This document shows positions 28,817-38,680 of a DNA stretch of 64,000 nt, in pieces. Within the stretch, counting starts at the first letter, position 1, and each line of letters starts with the position of its first letter. Under the pieces are notes generated by a model. That model was not told the origin of the DNA. It made no database searches and worked only from the letters and a program-made list of their open reading frames with translations. Made by a program: the position numbers and the translations under genes. This DNA is from an uncultured delta proteobacterium. Lineage in GTDB: Bacteria > Desulfobacterota > Binatia > UBA9968. The DNA lies in assembly GCA_963755715.1 (NCBI GenBank), contig CAVWLW010000026.1, positions 32,001-96,000 of the forward strand, written 5' to 3'.

Positions 28817-28912
28817 TGGCTGGCGATGCAAGTGCGGAGAGTACCGGCTGGCAATCCGGCACTCCAATACTCCGGTCTGAGAAAGTTAACCTAACTGCGA
28901 GAGGATTTACTC

Positions 28913-30067
28913 ATGCCACGAAATTATAAATGTATCTCCGGCGATGGACACATCGATCTCAACCCCGATATTTGGCGCGAACGCGTCCAGAGTAAATGGC
29001 GCGAGCGTGCGCCCAAGCGCGTCAAGATGCCCAATGGCTCGGACGCGGTGGTGATCGATGGCGGCAAGCCCAATACCATCGGCATCACTCGCAGCGTGCG
29101 CGTCCCGCATGCGGAGTTAGCCAAACAAGTGCCGACCTTTGAAACTTGCGCCGGCACGGGCGGCCCTGAGCAACGCCTCGCCGAACAGGATCAGGACGGT
29201 ATCGATTGCGAGATTTTATTTTCCCAGATCACGTTCGTTTTGCGCCAGACCAAAGATGACGACTTCTATAAAGACTGCATACGCGCTTACAACGAGTTTC
29301 TCGGCGAAGAATACATGGCTCCCGCGCCGGACCGGCTCGTTTGCATGGGCACTCTGCCAACGACCGGCGTCGACGACGCGATCAAAGAGATGGAACACTG
29401 TGCCAAGCTTGGGATGAAGGGTGTAAAGCTCGATCGCTATCCGAGCGGCAAAAGTTATCCGACGCCTGAAGACGACAAGTTCTGGGCGGCGGCGCTCGAT
29501 CTGGGTATTGCCCTCACCAACCACAATACCGGCACCATGGGATCGGGGAAAGGCGAGCCCGATTATCTTTACCCGAAAGACCCGGGCCACGACGTGCATC
29601 AGAAAGACGCTTTTAAATTCTTCACCCGCTTCACAAACGATGCCATGACCGCGACCTTGCAAATGGCGTTTGCCGGAGTGTGGGATCGCTTTCCCCAGCT
29701 GCAATTGTATTGGGCGGAGACCATGGTCGGGTGGCTGGAATATGGCTTGTGGCAGATCGACGATCACTATCACCGCTACATCGGCATGATTCATGACAAC
29801 TGGGGGCTGAATAAATTGGCGCGCAAGCCGAGCGAGTATTTGAAAGACCGCAACTACTGGGGCTTCCTGCACGATCCGGTCGGCGTCCAACGGCGCGCCT
29901 GCATCGGTTACGACAAAATCATGTGGGGCACCGACTTCGCCCACGCGGCAAGCGAATTCCCAAACTCACAGAAACACTTAGCGGAAGACTTTGCAGGCGT
30001 GCCGGAAAATGAAAAACGCGCGATGATCGTCGATAACTGCGTGAAGTATTTTCGCCTCGATCGATAG
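28913..30067 (+). CDS. Amidohydrolase_2 family protein
   Basis: ISGDGH, QDQDGIDCE, AYNEF, MWGTDFAH. Confidence 0.9.
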   Translation: MPRNYKCISGDGHIDLNPDIWRERVQSKWRERAPKRVKMPNGSDAVVIDGGKPNTIGITRSVRVPHAELAKQVPTFETCAGTGGPEQRLAEQDQDGIDCEILFSQITFVLRQTKDDDFYKDCIRAYNEFLGEEYMAPAPDRLVCMGTLPTTGVDDAIKEMEHCAKLGMKGVKLDRYPSGKSYPTPEDDKFWAAALDLGIALTNHNTGTMGSGKGEPDYLYPKDPGHDVHQKDAFKFFTRFTNDAMTATLQMAFAGVWDRFPQLQLYWAETMVGWLEYGLWQIDDHYHRYIGMIHDNWGLNKLARKPSEYLKDRNYWGFLHDPVGVQRRACIGYDKIMWGTDFAHAASEFPNSQKHLAEDFAGVPENEKRAMIVDNCVKYFRLDR

Positions 30068-30075
30068 AGAAATCA

Positions 30076-30173
30076 TACCACGAAGGACACGAAGAGCACG
30101 AAGCAAGAGGTTGGTTCATTTTTGTAAATTCTTTCTCCGGGTAACCTTCGTGTCCTTCGTGATCTTCGTGGTA
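30076..30173. repeat. (CACGAAG)3 palindromic element, copy 5
   Basis: TACCACGAAGGACACGAAGAGCACGAAG...CTTCGTGTCCTTCGTGATCTTCGTGGTA. Confidence 0.9.
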
Positions 30174-30210
30174 ATAGAATCTATCGGACCGGCACTAAGG
30201 AGACTTAATC

Positions 30211-31233
30211 GTGATCGACGTAGGAACTACCCACGAAGACCTCGAACATTTTCTCGCCGAGCACCATCTCGTCGGCGCCGGGCTGAGACGCGACGGACGC
30301 GCGGCGCCGCGCCAGGGCAACACTGCGGCGCACTGGAAATGGGACGGCATTTACCGCGGCCTGATGCGCTCGGGCGAGATCGTCACCGTTGGGCCGAACG
30401 GCATGACCGGCATGCGCTCGGTGGTCGGCATCGAGGCCCGCAGGTTTCCGATCTGGATGAATGCGCAGATTCTCATGCCCGGCGAGCGCACCCAAGCGCA
30501 CCGCAACTTGCGCAGCGAAACGCGCCTTGTCTGCCAAGCGCCCAAGGATGCCGTATTCGTATGCGAATACGAGGCCTATCCGATGGAGCGCGGCGACGTA
30601 GTGATCAGCCCGGCATGGACTTTTCACGATCATTGGAACAAAGACACAACGCCGGCTATTTGGATCGACGGCTACGACAACGGCTACAACCCCAACGTGA
30701 ATATCAACGAGCGCATGCCGAACGACGAGCCGTACGAAGAAATTAAAAAACCGACCGCCTACGGTCAGCGCACTCTTGGTCTGGCGCGGCCGATCTCGAA
30801 CGAAGCGCCCTTTCCGTTGCCACCGATGCGTTATCCGTGGGCGGATACGCACGGCGCGCTGATGGCGCTCCGAGAAAACGGCGAGACTGATCTTTACGAC
30901 GGCATCATGATCATGCTCGCGAGCCCGGTTGACGGCGGACCGACGCTGCCGACGATCGCCTGGCAAGCGCAGTTGCTAGCTAAAAAACAGAAAACTCTGC
31001 CGCACCGCCACAACAGCACGACCTTCTACTTCGCCTTCGACGGCGACGGCGCAGTGGTCATCGAAAACGAACGCCTGCAATATGAGCAGGGCGATATCTT
31101 CGCCGTGCCGGCGTGGACCTGGCATCATCACGAAAATACCCACAACGAAGACACAATTCTTTTCTCCATCGACGATTGGCCGGCGATGAAGAAGCTTGGC
31201 TTCTATATGAAGGAAGAAGCCAAAGGATTTTGA
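30211..31233 (+). CDS. Bicupin, gentisate 1,2-dioxygenase-like
   Basis: HWKW, QILMPGE..AHR, GD....PAW..HDH, PM.YPW, P.DGGP.LPT, HRH, GDIFAVPAW..H. Confidence 0.8.
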   Translation: MIDVGTTHEDLEHFLAEHHLVGAGLRRDGRAAPRQGNTAAHWKWDGIYRGLMRSGEIVTVGPNGMTGMRSVVGIEARRFPIWMNAQILMPGERTQAHRNLRSETRLVCQAPKDAVFVCEYEAYPMERGDVVISPAWTFHDHWNKDTTPAIWIDGYDNGYNPNVNINERMPNDEPYEEIKKPTAYGQRTLGLARPISNEAPFPLPPMRYPWADTHGALMALRENGETDLYDGIMIMLASPVDGGPTLPTIAWQAQLLAKKQKTLPHRHNSTTFYFAFDGDGAVVIENERLQYEQGDIFAVPAWTWHHHENTHNEDTILFSIDDWPAMKKLGFYMKEEAKGF

Positions 31234-31284
31234 AAGCTGCACCAACGAGCTGATATCGGCTAGCGAGTCCGCATCCAATTCCGT

Positions 31285-31345
31285 GTAGGGGCAATCCCCT
31301 GTGGTTGCCCATCTTGAAAGGGCAGGCACAGCGGCCTGCCCCTAC
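31285..31345. repeat. GTAG-type REP doublet (BIME/REPIN-like)
   Basis: GTAGGGGCAATCCCCTGTGGTTGCCC...GGGCAGGCACAGCGGCCTGCCCCTAC. Confidence 0.85.
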
Positions 31346-31410
31346 GACGATAACCCAATATCTGCCGGCTCTAGAGAGCTGACCAAGATTCGTGTAAGAG
31401 AAACAGCACC

Positions 31411-32601
31411 ATGACGCTTGCCGCACCCAAGTCGGCCGCTTCCATGGCGACCGAAAGCGCTGTCAAGAGCAAGATCGCCGTCAGCCTGCGCGGACTTTGG
31501 AAAACTTATCCGGGCGGCACGAGCCCGGCGGTCAAAGATCTTTCCGTCGATGTGTTGGACGGCGAGATTCTTACACTCCTCGGCCCGAGCGGCTGCGGTA
31601 AGACGACCACACTGCGCATGGTGGCGGGCCTGGAGACTCCGGATGCCGGCGATATTTTTTTCGGCGAGGAAGCGGTGGTCATGACTTCGCGGCGCTTGAA
31701 TCTGCCGCCGAATAAACGCAACGTCGGCATGGTATTTCAAAGCTACGCGATCTGGCCGCACATGACGGTGGCGGAAAACGTCGCCTTTCCCCTCAAAGCA
31801 CGCAGATTTCCGAAGCGTGAAATTAAGGACCGCGTGCTGCGCGCTCTCGATCTCGTTGGTCTCGCGGGATTCGAGGATCGTCCGGGGCCACTCTTAAGCG
31901 GTGGGCAGCAACAGCGCGTCGCGTTTGCGCGCGCGCTGGTGACCGAACCGCGGGTATTGCTGTTAGACGAGCCTTTTAGCAACCTCGACGCCAAGCTGCG
32001 CGAGCAGATGCGCATCAGCGTCAAGCTTTTACAAAAACGACTCAACATCGCGATGCTGTTCGTCACCCACGATCAAATCGAGGCGCTGAGTTTATCGAAT
32101 CGCATCGCGTTGATGAATTTCGGCGTGGTGCAGCAGCAAGGCGATCCGCGCTTGCTTTACGAAGAACCGGTCAACGAATTCGTGCGCGACTTCGTCGGCA
32201 GAACCCTGCTCTTCAAAGGCAAAGTGCAAACGAGCAACCCGTCCGGCCAGATGGCGATCGCGCTGGCCGGCGCGCGCGACTGCATCGTCTTTGGACGCTG
32301 CTACAATCCCGGCGGCATGAAGACAGGTGAATCGGTTTATATCGGGGTCAGGCCCGAAGACGTGGAGATCCATCCGGCGCACGGCGCCGAGGCTCCATCG
32401 GGCATGATCGGCGGCAAGGTCGAGGCTACGTTGTTCGTCGGCGAGCGCATTGAGTATCAAGTCGAAGTCGACGGCCAGGGAGTCATCATGATTTATGGCG
32501 AACGCCACAAGCCGGTCGACGAGGGCAGCAAAGTTTGGTTAAAGTTGCGACCCGAAGGCCATACCGCGTGGGCATCGGATTGGTCGCACAAGGAAGAATA
32601 A
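31411..32601 (+). CDS. ABC ATPase (PotA/FbpC-like, with TOBE domain)
   Basis: GPSGCGKT, LSGGQQQR, LLDEPFSNLDA. Confidence 0.92.
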   Translation: MTLAAPKSAASMATESAVKSKIAVSLRGLWKTYPGGTSPAVKDLSVDVLDGEILTLLGPSGCGKTTTLRMVAGLETPDAGDIFFGEEAVVMTSRRLNLPPNKRNVGMVFQSYAIWPHMTVAENVAFPLKARRFPKREIKDRVLRALDLVGLAGFEDRPGPLLSGGQQQRVAFARALVTEPRVLLLDEPFSNLDAKLREQMRISVKLLQKRLNIAMLFVTHDQIEALSLSNRIALMNFGVVQQQGDPRLLYEEPVNEFVRDFVGRTLLFKGKVQTSNPSGQMAIALAGARDCIVFGRCYNPGGMKTGESVYIGVRPEDVEIHPAHGAEAPSGMIGGKVEATLFVGERIEYQVEVDGQGVIMIYGERHKPVDEGSKVWLKLRPEGHTAWASDWSHKEE

Positions 32602-32608
32602 ATGGATC

Positions 32609-32631
32609 GGGCGTACGCCGTACGCCCCTAC
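32609..32631 (-). repeat. GTAG-type REP
   Basis: GGGCGTACGCCGTACGCCCCTAC. Confidence 0.8.
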
Positions 32632-32659
32632 GAAGATGAAATTCCCGGAGGACGAGGTC

Positions 32660-33877
32660 ATGATTACTATTCGCGCGCGAGAAAAAATGCAGAAGCGCGA
32701 TAAACGCGCATGCAGTGTAGGGGCGTATGGCCATACGCCCTTCCTGACCGTGCTATTGCTCGTCTTGCTCGGCGCGCCTGGCGCTTACGGCGCCGCAGCT
32801 CCCTCCGCGAATTTCGAGCAGGAATGGTCCAAGCTCATCGCGGCGGCGAAGCAAGAAGGCACTCTTATGGTGGCTTCCGGCGGTGCGCCATCGCGCCAGT
32901 ACCGACCGGTTGTCGACGCCTTCAGCAAAAAATTTGGTGTGAAGGTCGAAGTCTCTACAGGCAACGCCACCGACACAGTCAATCGGGTGCTCGCGGAGCG
33001 AAAAGCGGGAAGATACATCATGGACGTCGCATTGATCAGTAGTCGCGAGAACAACCAGAGGCTCGTGCCGTCGGAGTCGCTGGTGCCGTTCCCGCCCCTG
33101 CTCATCCATCCCGAGGTGGTGGACACTTCCAATTGGTATCTCGGTCGCCATTGGTACGCTGACAAAGCATCCGCGTACGCGTTCATCTACCACGTAACCA
33201 AAGAGGATCAGTACGAGACTTGGTATAACACCGACAAGCTCAAAGAAGCCGAGGTCGCGACAATAAAGAAACAGACCGATTTTTTCGACCCGCGCTGGAA
33301 AGGGAAGATCCTCGGCCAGGGAATGGGCGACCCATCGGGCATACGGCAGATGATCGACAGTTACTTCGAACCGGATCGAGGGCAAGAATGGATACGCACT
33401 TACCTGCTGAACGCCGGTATAACATTTTCAGATGACCGCAGGATCCTGGAGACCTGGCTCGTCGGTGGAAGATTTCCGCTGCAAGCTGTCGCCACCGGCA
33501 CCGAGGAACTCACGGGGCTGGCGAAAAAGGGGCTCCCGATCAAGCAGATCTTTCTACCCAAGCAAGTAGGCATGGTGCGGGCGGGCGGGTCCGGCTGCTG
33601 CATATCGGTATTTTCGAATGCGCCGCATCCAAGCGCAGCCAAACTCTTCGTGAACTGGTTCCTTTCGAAAGAAGGACAGACATTGACCCATACGCTAGTG
33701 CCGAACATCGACCGTTCTTCCTTGCGCAACGATATTCCCTTCGGTGAAGTAACGCCGGACCAGCGACGCAAACCGGGTGTCGAGTATGCGTTCCCCGACG
33801 CCGACCCTAAATTCGGTCCGCGCCAGGAGGAAGCGCAAAAATGGATTTATAAAATCTGGGAGTCGAAACAGAAATAA
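32660..33877 (+). CDS. Fe3+/thiamine-type extracellular solute-binding protein
   Basis: W..LIAAAKQEG, DPRWKGKI, APHPSAAKLFVNWFLSKEGQ; start chosen after GGAGG/GAGG. Confidence 0.85.
   Translation: MITIRAREKMQKRDKRACSVGAYGHTPFLTVLLLVLLGAPGAYGAAAPSANFEQEWSKLIAAAKQEGTLMVASGGAPSRQYRPVVDAFSKKFGVKVEVSTGNATDTVNRVLAERKAGRYIMDVALISSRENNQRLVPSESLVPFPPLLIHPEVVDTSNWYLGRHWYADKASAYAFIYHVTKEDQYETWYNTDKLKEAEVATIKKQTDFFDPRWKGKILGQGMGDPSGIRQMIDSYFEPDRGQEWIRTYLLNAGITFSDDRRILETWLVGGRFPLQAVATGTEELTGLAKKGLPIKQIFLPKQVGMVRAGGSGCCISVFSNAPHPSAAKLFVNWFLSKEGQTLTHTLVPNIDRSSLRNDIPFGEVTPDQRRKPGVEYAFPDADPKFGPRQEEAQKWIYKIWESKQK
32717..32740 (+). repeat. GTAG-type REP inside the SBP signal-peptide coding region
   Basis: GTAGGGGCGTATGGCCATACGCCC, read in frame as VGAYGHTP. 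Confidence 0.8.
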
Positions 33878-33887
33878 CTACCAAAGC

Positions 33888-33966
33888 TTCAAAACGTTCC
33901 AATAGTTCAAACCCTTCAAGCCGTTTGATCGGTCCGGATGAATTAATGATTTGAACAGCTTGAACG
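33888..33966. repeat. TTCAA/TTGAAC multi-unit palindromic element
   Basis: TTCAAAACGTTCCAATAGTTCAAACCCTTCAA...TTGAACAGCTTGAAC; related half-copy at 44071-44104. Confidence 0.6.
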
Positions 33967-33978
33967 AAAAAGTCGCCC

Positions 33979-35772
33979 GTGGACCAATCCCCCGCCATAG
34001 ATCAACTCGCCATCGCGCCGAGCTTGCCGGCACCTCGTGTGACAAAGGGCCATTTTATCATGGCGGTGGTGCTGATCGCGCTCGGCTACTTTCTGATCTG
34101 GCCGGTGCTGCTGCTTCTGATCAATAGCTTTAACGCTGCCTCGGATTGGTTCGTCGAGCCGCGCACTTGGGGAGTCAAGCACTGGGTGAATGCCTTTCAG
34201 CGGCCCGGCTTGCTCACCTCTCTCGGCAACTCTCTGCTCATCTGGTCGCTGACCGTCAGCGTCAGCTTTCCCGTGGGCGTGGCGATCGCTTGGCTGCTCG
34301 CGCGCACTAAGATTCCTTTCAGCCATACCTTGGAATTTCTCTTTTGGGTTTCTTACATGGTTCCCGCGCTGCCGACGACCATCGCTTGGATCACTTTGCT
34401 CGATCCCGATATCGGCATGATCAACGTCGCTCTGAAAAATTTATTCCATCTCGACCAGGGGCCGTTCAATATCTTCAGCGTGCCGGGAATCGTTTGGGCG
34501 AACCTGATGGGCCACGGCATCTCGATCAAAGTCATGCTGTTGACACCAGCCTTCCGCAACATGGACTCCACGCTCGAGGAGGCGGCGCGCGTCGGCGGCG
34601 CGAGCAATTTGCGAACCCTCTTCAAAGTCACCCTGCCGCTCATGATCTCGCCGATGATGATGGTTTTCGCACTCCAGCTTTTGCGCGTGTTTCAATCCTT
34701 CGAGACCGAATACCTGCTGGGCATGCCCTTTGGCTTTTTCGTCTACTCGACCAAAATTTTCACCTTGATCAGAAATCAAATTCCCAATTACGGCGAAGCC
34801 ACCGTTCTGGCAAGCCTCACCCTGCTGATGATTGCGTTGATCATCCCGCTGCAGCGCTGGATTCTCGAGCGGCGCCGCTACACCACGATCACCGGTAGCT
34901 TTCGTCCCGGCCTGATCGATCTCGGTAAATGGAATTACGTCACCTTCGGCGCCATCGCTCTGCTGCTCGCGCTGTTAACCGTCGGACCGCTCGCCATCTT
35001 GATACTCGGCAGCTTCATGCAGCGCATCGGCTATTTCGTCTTGGGTTACACGCTCGATCACTGGCGCTTTGTCTTGAGCGACCCCGTGTTCGTGAAGGCG
35101 CTGCGCACCACGCTGATACTTGCCACCACCGCGGCAATTTGCAGCCCGCTGATCTTTTCGGTCACGGCATATATTCTCGTGCGCACCCGGTTGCCGGGAC
35201 GCGGCGCGCTCGATCTGATGATTTGGACCGCCGGAGCGATCCCCGGAATTCTTGCCGGACTGGGACTCCTGTGGGTTTTTATCTTAACGCCCGGCCTGAA
35301 TTTTTTGTTCGGCACGATCTGGGCGCTACTCATTGTCGTGCTGCTCCAAGGTAAAACCACCGGCGTCAACATCATGAAAGGCGTGCTCGTGCAAGTCGGC
35401 GCGGACATGGAAGAGGCCGCGCGCGTGTCCGGTGCCGGCTGGCTCCGTACTTATTTTCTGATCTGGCTGCCGCTCTTGATGCCGACGCTGATCCTCTTGG
35501 CGGTGATGAATTTCGTCAGCGCCGCCGGCGCCACCAGCAGTATTATCTTGCTCGCATCGCGCGACACGATGACGCTGTCGCTCATGGCTTTAGAGCTCTC
35601 GTCGGTCGCAGTCAGTAATCGCGAAGCTGCAAGCATCATCAGCATCTTCATCGTTGCTTTCACGATGACCGGAGCGCTGCTTGTCAGATACTTTGGCCGC
35701 CGGTTCGGCGTGCGCCACGACATGCATGCCGCCGAAGGCGCGCCGCAAACAACCCCGCGGGTTTCCAATTAA
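33979..35772 (+). CDS. ABC permease, duplicated domain (FbpB-like)
   Basis: Two EEAAR..GA motifs and many TM segments. Confidence 0.9.
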   Translation: MDQSPAIDQLAIAPSLPAPRVTKGHFIMAVVLIALGYFLIWPVLLLLINSFNAASDWFVEPRTWGVKHWVNAFQRPGLLTSLGNSLLIWSLTVSVSFPVGVAIAWLLARTKIPFSHTLEFLFWVSYMVPALPTTIAWITLLDPDIGMINVALKNLFHLDQGPFNIFSVPGIVWANLMGHGISIKVMLLTPAFRNMDSTLEEAARVGGASNLRTLFKVTLPLMISPMMMVFALQLLRVFQSFETEYLLGMPFGFFVYSTKIFTLIRNQIPNYGEATVLASLTLLMIALIIPLQRWILERRRYTTITGSFRPGLIDLGKWNYVTFGAIALLLALLTVGPLAILILGSFMQRIGYFVLGYTLDHWRFVLSDPVFVKALRTTLILATTAAICSPLIFSVTAYILVRTRLPGRGALDLMIWTAGAIPGILAGLGLLWVFILTPGLNFLFGTIWALLIVVLLQGKTTGVNIMKGVLVQVGADMEEAARVSGAGWLRTYFLIWLPLLMPTLILLAVMNFVSAAGATSSIILLASRDTMTLSLMALELSSVAVSNREAASIISIFIVAFTMTGALLVRYFGRRFGVRHDMHAAEGAPQTTPRVSN

Positions 35773-35787
35773 TTTTGTAATGCCATT

Positions 35788-35848
35788 GTAGGGGAGGCCC
35801 CCAGTGCCTGCCCCTAATCAAGAGGCAACCACAGGGGGTTGCCCCTAC
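35788..35848. repeat. GTAG-type REP doublet
   Basis: GTAGGGGAGGCCCCCAGTGCCTGCCCCT...GGCAACCACAGGGGGTTGCCCCTAC; an inverted relative of 31285-31345. Confidence 0.85.
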
Positions 35849-35944
35849 GACGACTTCGATCGCGGTGACGTTCGACGCAACAAATCGGATTGCTTTTTCC
35901 CCGCCGCTGAAATAATCAGACCTAACAGAAACAGGAGGCGTACG

Positions 35945-37570
35945 ATGGCTGAAACCAATATCGCAGATACTTTGGTCGAATATTTAAGCTCAAGAGGCGT
36001 CGAGAATATTTTCGGCGTGCTTGCTCACACGTCTTTCGCGATCGGCGATGCGATAGCGAAACGGCCGCACATGCGCTTCGTCAATGCGCAGCACGAAGGC
36101 GGCGCGGGCAATATGGCGCTCGGTTACGCGCGTGCGACGAAGAAGCCCGCAGTTTGCTTGGTCTCTGCCGGCGGCGGCGCGACCAATATTGTGACCGCCG
36201 TCGCCCAAGCTCACAAAGAATCCGTGCCGCTGTTCGTCATCTCATCGGATATCGACACGGCCGCTTCGGCGAAAAGCCCTTATTCATCGTTCCACGGCAT
36301 GGAGCATGTCCGGCTATTTCAGCCGATCACCAAGCAGAGCGCAAAGCTTGAACGCATTGAAGAACTCGGCTCGTTGCTCGACTCGCTGTTTCGCCAGACC
36401 ACGCGCGGACGCCAAGGACCGGTTTTTCTCATTGTCCCCGAAGATCTGCAGCATGAAAATCTTCCAGAGCCGTTGAGCTTCGCGCCCACGGCGGAGCCCG
36501 TCGCGCCGGCGATGGATTCGGCCGCCGCCCGCGTCGCCGTGGATCTGCTGCTCCAGGCAAAGACTCCGGTGGTGCTCGCCGGCACCGGCGTGGACTGGGC
36601 GGGCGCGCGCGAAGAAGTGCGCGAGCTGGCCGAGCTGTTATCGATGCCCGTTGCGGTGAGCTACACGGCCAAAGGCGTTTTTCCCGAGAACCACCCGCTC
36701 GCGCTAGGCTGCCTCGGCTTCGGCAGCCGCCCTTACGCGCGTAAATTCTTTCAGGAGTCCGATTTGATTCTCGCCTTGGGCGCGACCTTCAGCGAAGGCA
36801 CGACGATGCGCTTCGGCCACGAGATCATTCCCGAGAAGGCCAAGATCGTGCAGATCGACACCGACCCCGATGAACTCGGCGGCAACTATCCGACCACGCT
36901 TTCGATCCAAGCCGACGCCAAGATCGCTCTGCGCGCGATCATCGATGAAGTCAAGAAACGCCAGCCGAAGCCGGCATCGAACGGCGAAAGAGCCGAAACG
37001 ATTCAGCAAGCCAAGCAAGCCTGGAAAAATGAGGTCGAGCGGAAACCGGCCAATAATGGTTTGACTTACGAGTCCGTGATGCGAGAACTCAACGAGCAGC
37101 TCACGGGCAACGAAATCCTGACGACGTCAGGCATGACCGGCGACACGCTGCGCGGCATCGACGCCGTGAATCCGATCATCCACGCCGGCGAGTTCCGCGC
37201 CATCGGCACCGCCCTCGCGACGGCGATGGGCGTAAAGCTCGGCCGGCCTGACGCCAGAGTGATCTGCGTCACTGGCGACGGCTCGTTCATGATGGAGCAA
37301 CAAGAACTTGCCACCGCGACCTATCACAAGATCCCAATCTTCGTCCTCATCCTGCGCAACAACGCCTACGGCGGCATGAAACGCGACCAGATGAAAACCT
37401 ACGGCGGCCGCGTCATCGGCACCGAGCTCTTCATCCCGGATCTTCCCAAACTCGCCGAGCTCTACGGCGCCAAAGGCTTCGCCGTCACGCGCAAAGAAGA
37501 ACTCAAACCGGTTTTTCAGCAGGCGCTGGCGTCGGATGAGTTCGTCGTCGTGGATGTGAAGTTGGATTAG
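35945..37570 (+). CDS. Thiamine diphosphate-dependent enzyme (AHAS/decarboxylase-like)
   Basis: QHEGGAG.MA.GYAR, GDGSF...NNAYG ThDP motif; RBS AGGAGG. Confidence 0.9.
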   Translation: MAETNIADTLVEYLSSRGVENIFGVLAHTSFAIGDAIAKRPHMRFVNAQHEGGAGNMALGYARATKKPAVCLVSAGGGATNIVTAVAQAHKESVPLFVISSDIDTAASAKSPYSSFHGMEHVRLFQPITKQSAKLERIEELGSLLDSLFRQTTRGRQGPVFLIVPEDLQHENLPEPLSFAPTAEPVAPAMDSAAARVAVDLLLQAKTPVVLAGTGVDWAGAREEVRELAELLSMPVAVSYTAKGVFPENHPLALGCLGFGSRPYARKFFQESDLILALGATFSEGTTMRFGHEIIPEKAKIVQIDTDPDELGGNYPTTLSIQADAKIALRAIIDEVKKRQPKPASNGERAETIQQAKQAWKNEVERKPANNGLTYESVMRELNEQLTGNEILTTSGMTGDTLRGIDAVNPIIHAGEFRAIGTALATAMGVKLGRPDARVICVTGDGSFMMEQQELATATYHKIPIFVLILRNNAYGGMKRDQMKTYGGRVIGTELFIPDLPKLAELYGAKGFAVTRKEELKPVFQQALASDEFVVVDVKLD

Positions 37571-37651
37571 CAACAGTGTTGCACCGGGCAAATTAACGAT
37601 GAGCGATGGAATAGTGACTAGCGACCGATTGTTTTCTTTTGGTATTTTAAT

Positions 37652-37857
37652 GTGAAGGTACGGGATGCGATTCGTATGCTCGAAGCGGACGGATGGCGAC
37701 TCGTAGTAACGGAGTAACGGAGGGCAGTCACCGGCAGTTCAAGCACAATACAAAGCCGGGTCGCGTAACCGTTAGTGGTCATGCCGGTGACGACATGCCA
37801 AAGGGAACACTGGCTTCTGTACTGCGGCAAGCCGGCCTCAAAGGAGTGAGGCGATGA
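37652..37857 (+). pseudogene. hicA: HicA toxin disrupted by an 8-bp tandem duplication
   Basis: KVRDAIRMLEADGW...[AGTAACGG x2]...GSHRQFKH..KPGRVTV.GH..DD...GTL.S.LRQAGL; stop overlaps the hicB ATG. Confidence 0.88.
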
Positions 37858-38117
37858 AAAAGCTACAGTATTTGGTTCGTATCAATAAAGATCCCGATAG
37901 CGATTGGGGCGCCTCGGTGCCCGATCTCCCCGGCTGCGTTGCAACTGGAAAGACAATCGACTCTGCTCTTCGACGCATTCAAAGTGCCATAGCGCTCCAC
38001 ATCCGTGGCTTACGCGAGGACGGCATCAAACCACCACTTCCCCGCCAGCGTTCAATTGCTCCGAAACGCTCCCCACGACTGGTGGATTTTTACGCAACCG
38101 TCGAGGTTGCGGCTTAG
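37854..38117 (+). CDS. hicB: HicB-family antitoxin
   Basis: WGASVPDLPGC.ATGKT...A....AI.LH..GL.EDG. Confidence 0.88.
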   Translation: MKKLQYLVRINKDPDSDWGASVPDLPGCVATGKTIDSALRRIQSAIALHIRGLREDGIKPPLPRQRSIAPKRSPRLVDFYATVEVAA

Positions 38118-38199
38118 CCTGTGCAACCTAGGTCACGCAAACTCCCCAATTTTCGGTTCCTTTAATAGGTTTATCGATTTTCTTAGAGGATAAAATACG

Positions 38200-38676
38200 A
38201 TGCCACTTCAACTTCGACGAATAGTCACCGGCCATGACGCCAACGGACACGCGGTCGTCAAGATCGACGAAATTTCCAAAAATCTCACTTCGGCGCGGCC
38301 AGGATCGACGTCTTGCGTGGTGTGGACTTCGGAATCTTTTCCGGTCGACAACACAGGCGATGCCGACGAGGGGCTGCGTAAGGTCGGCACGACGTTAAAG
38401 AACGGCACGGTCTTTCGCGTCGTCGAGTTTGCGCCCGGGGTCGCGCCGCGTGTTCATCGGACGGATTCCATCGATTATGCCGTCGTCATGTCGGGCGAGA
38501 TCGATATGGAGCTCGACGACTCTGTCATCCACCTGAAGGCCGGCGACGTGCTCGTGCAGCGCGGCACGATCCACAATTGGGTCAATCGCGGTAGCGAAGC
38601 TTGCGTGATCGCTTTCATCCTTATCGACGCCAAGCCGGTCGAGGTCGGCGGAAAGGTTCTGCATGCCGAAGGGTAA
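38200..38676 (+). CDS. Cupin domain protein
   Basis: RRIVTGHD..G, HRTDSIDY, GD.LVQRGTIHNW.N. Confidence 0.88.
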   Translation: MPLQLRRIVTGHDANGHAVVKIDEISKNLTSARPGSTSCVVWTSESFPVDNTGDADEGLRKVGTTLKNGTVFRVVEFAPGVAPRVHRTDSIDYAVVMSGEIDMELDDSVIHLKAGDVLVQRGTIHNWVNRGSEACVIAFILIDAKPVEVGGKVLHAEG

Positions 38677-38680
38677 TTCG

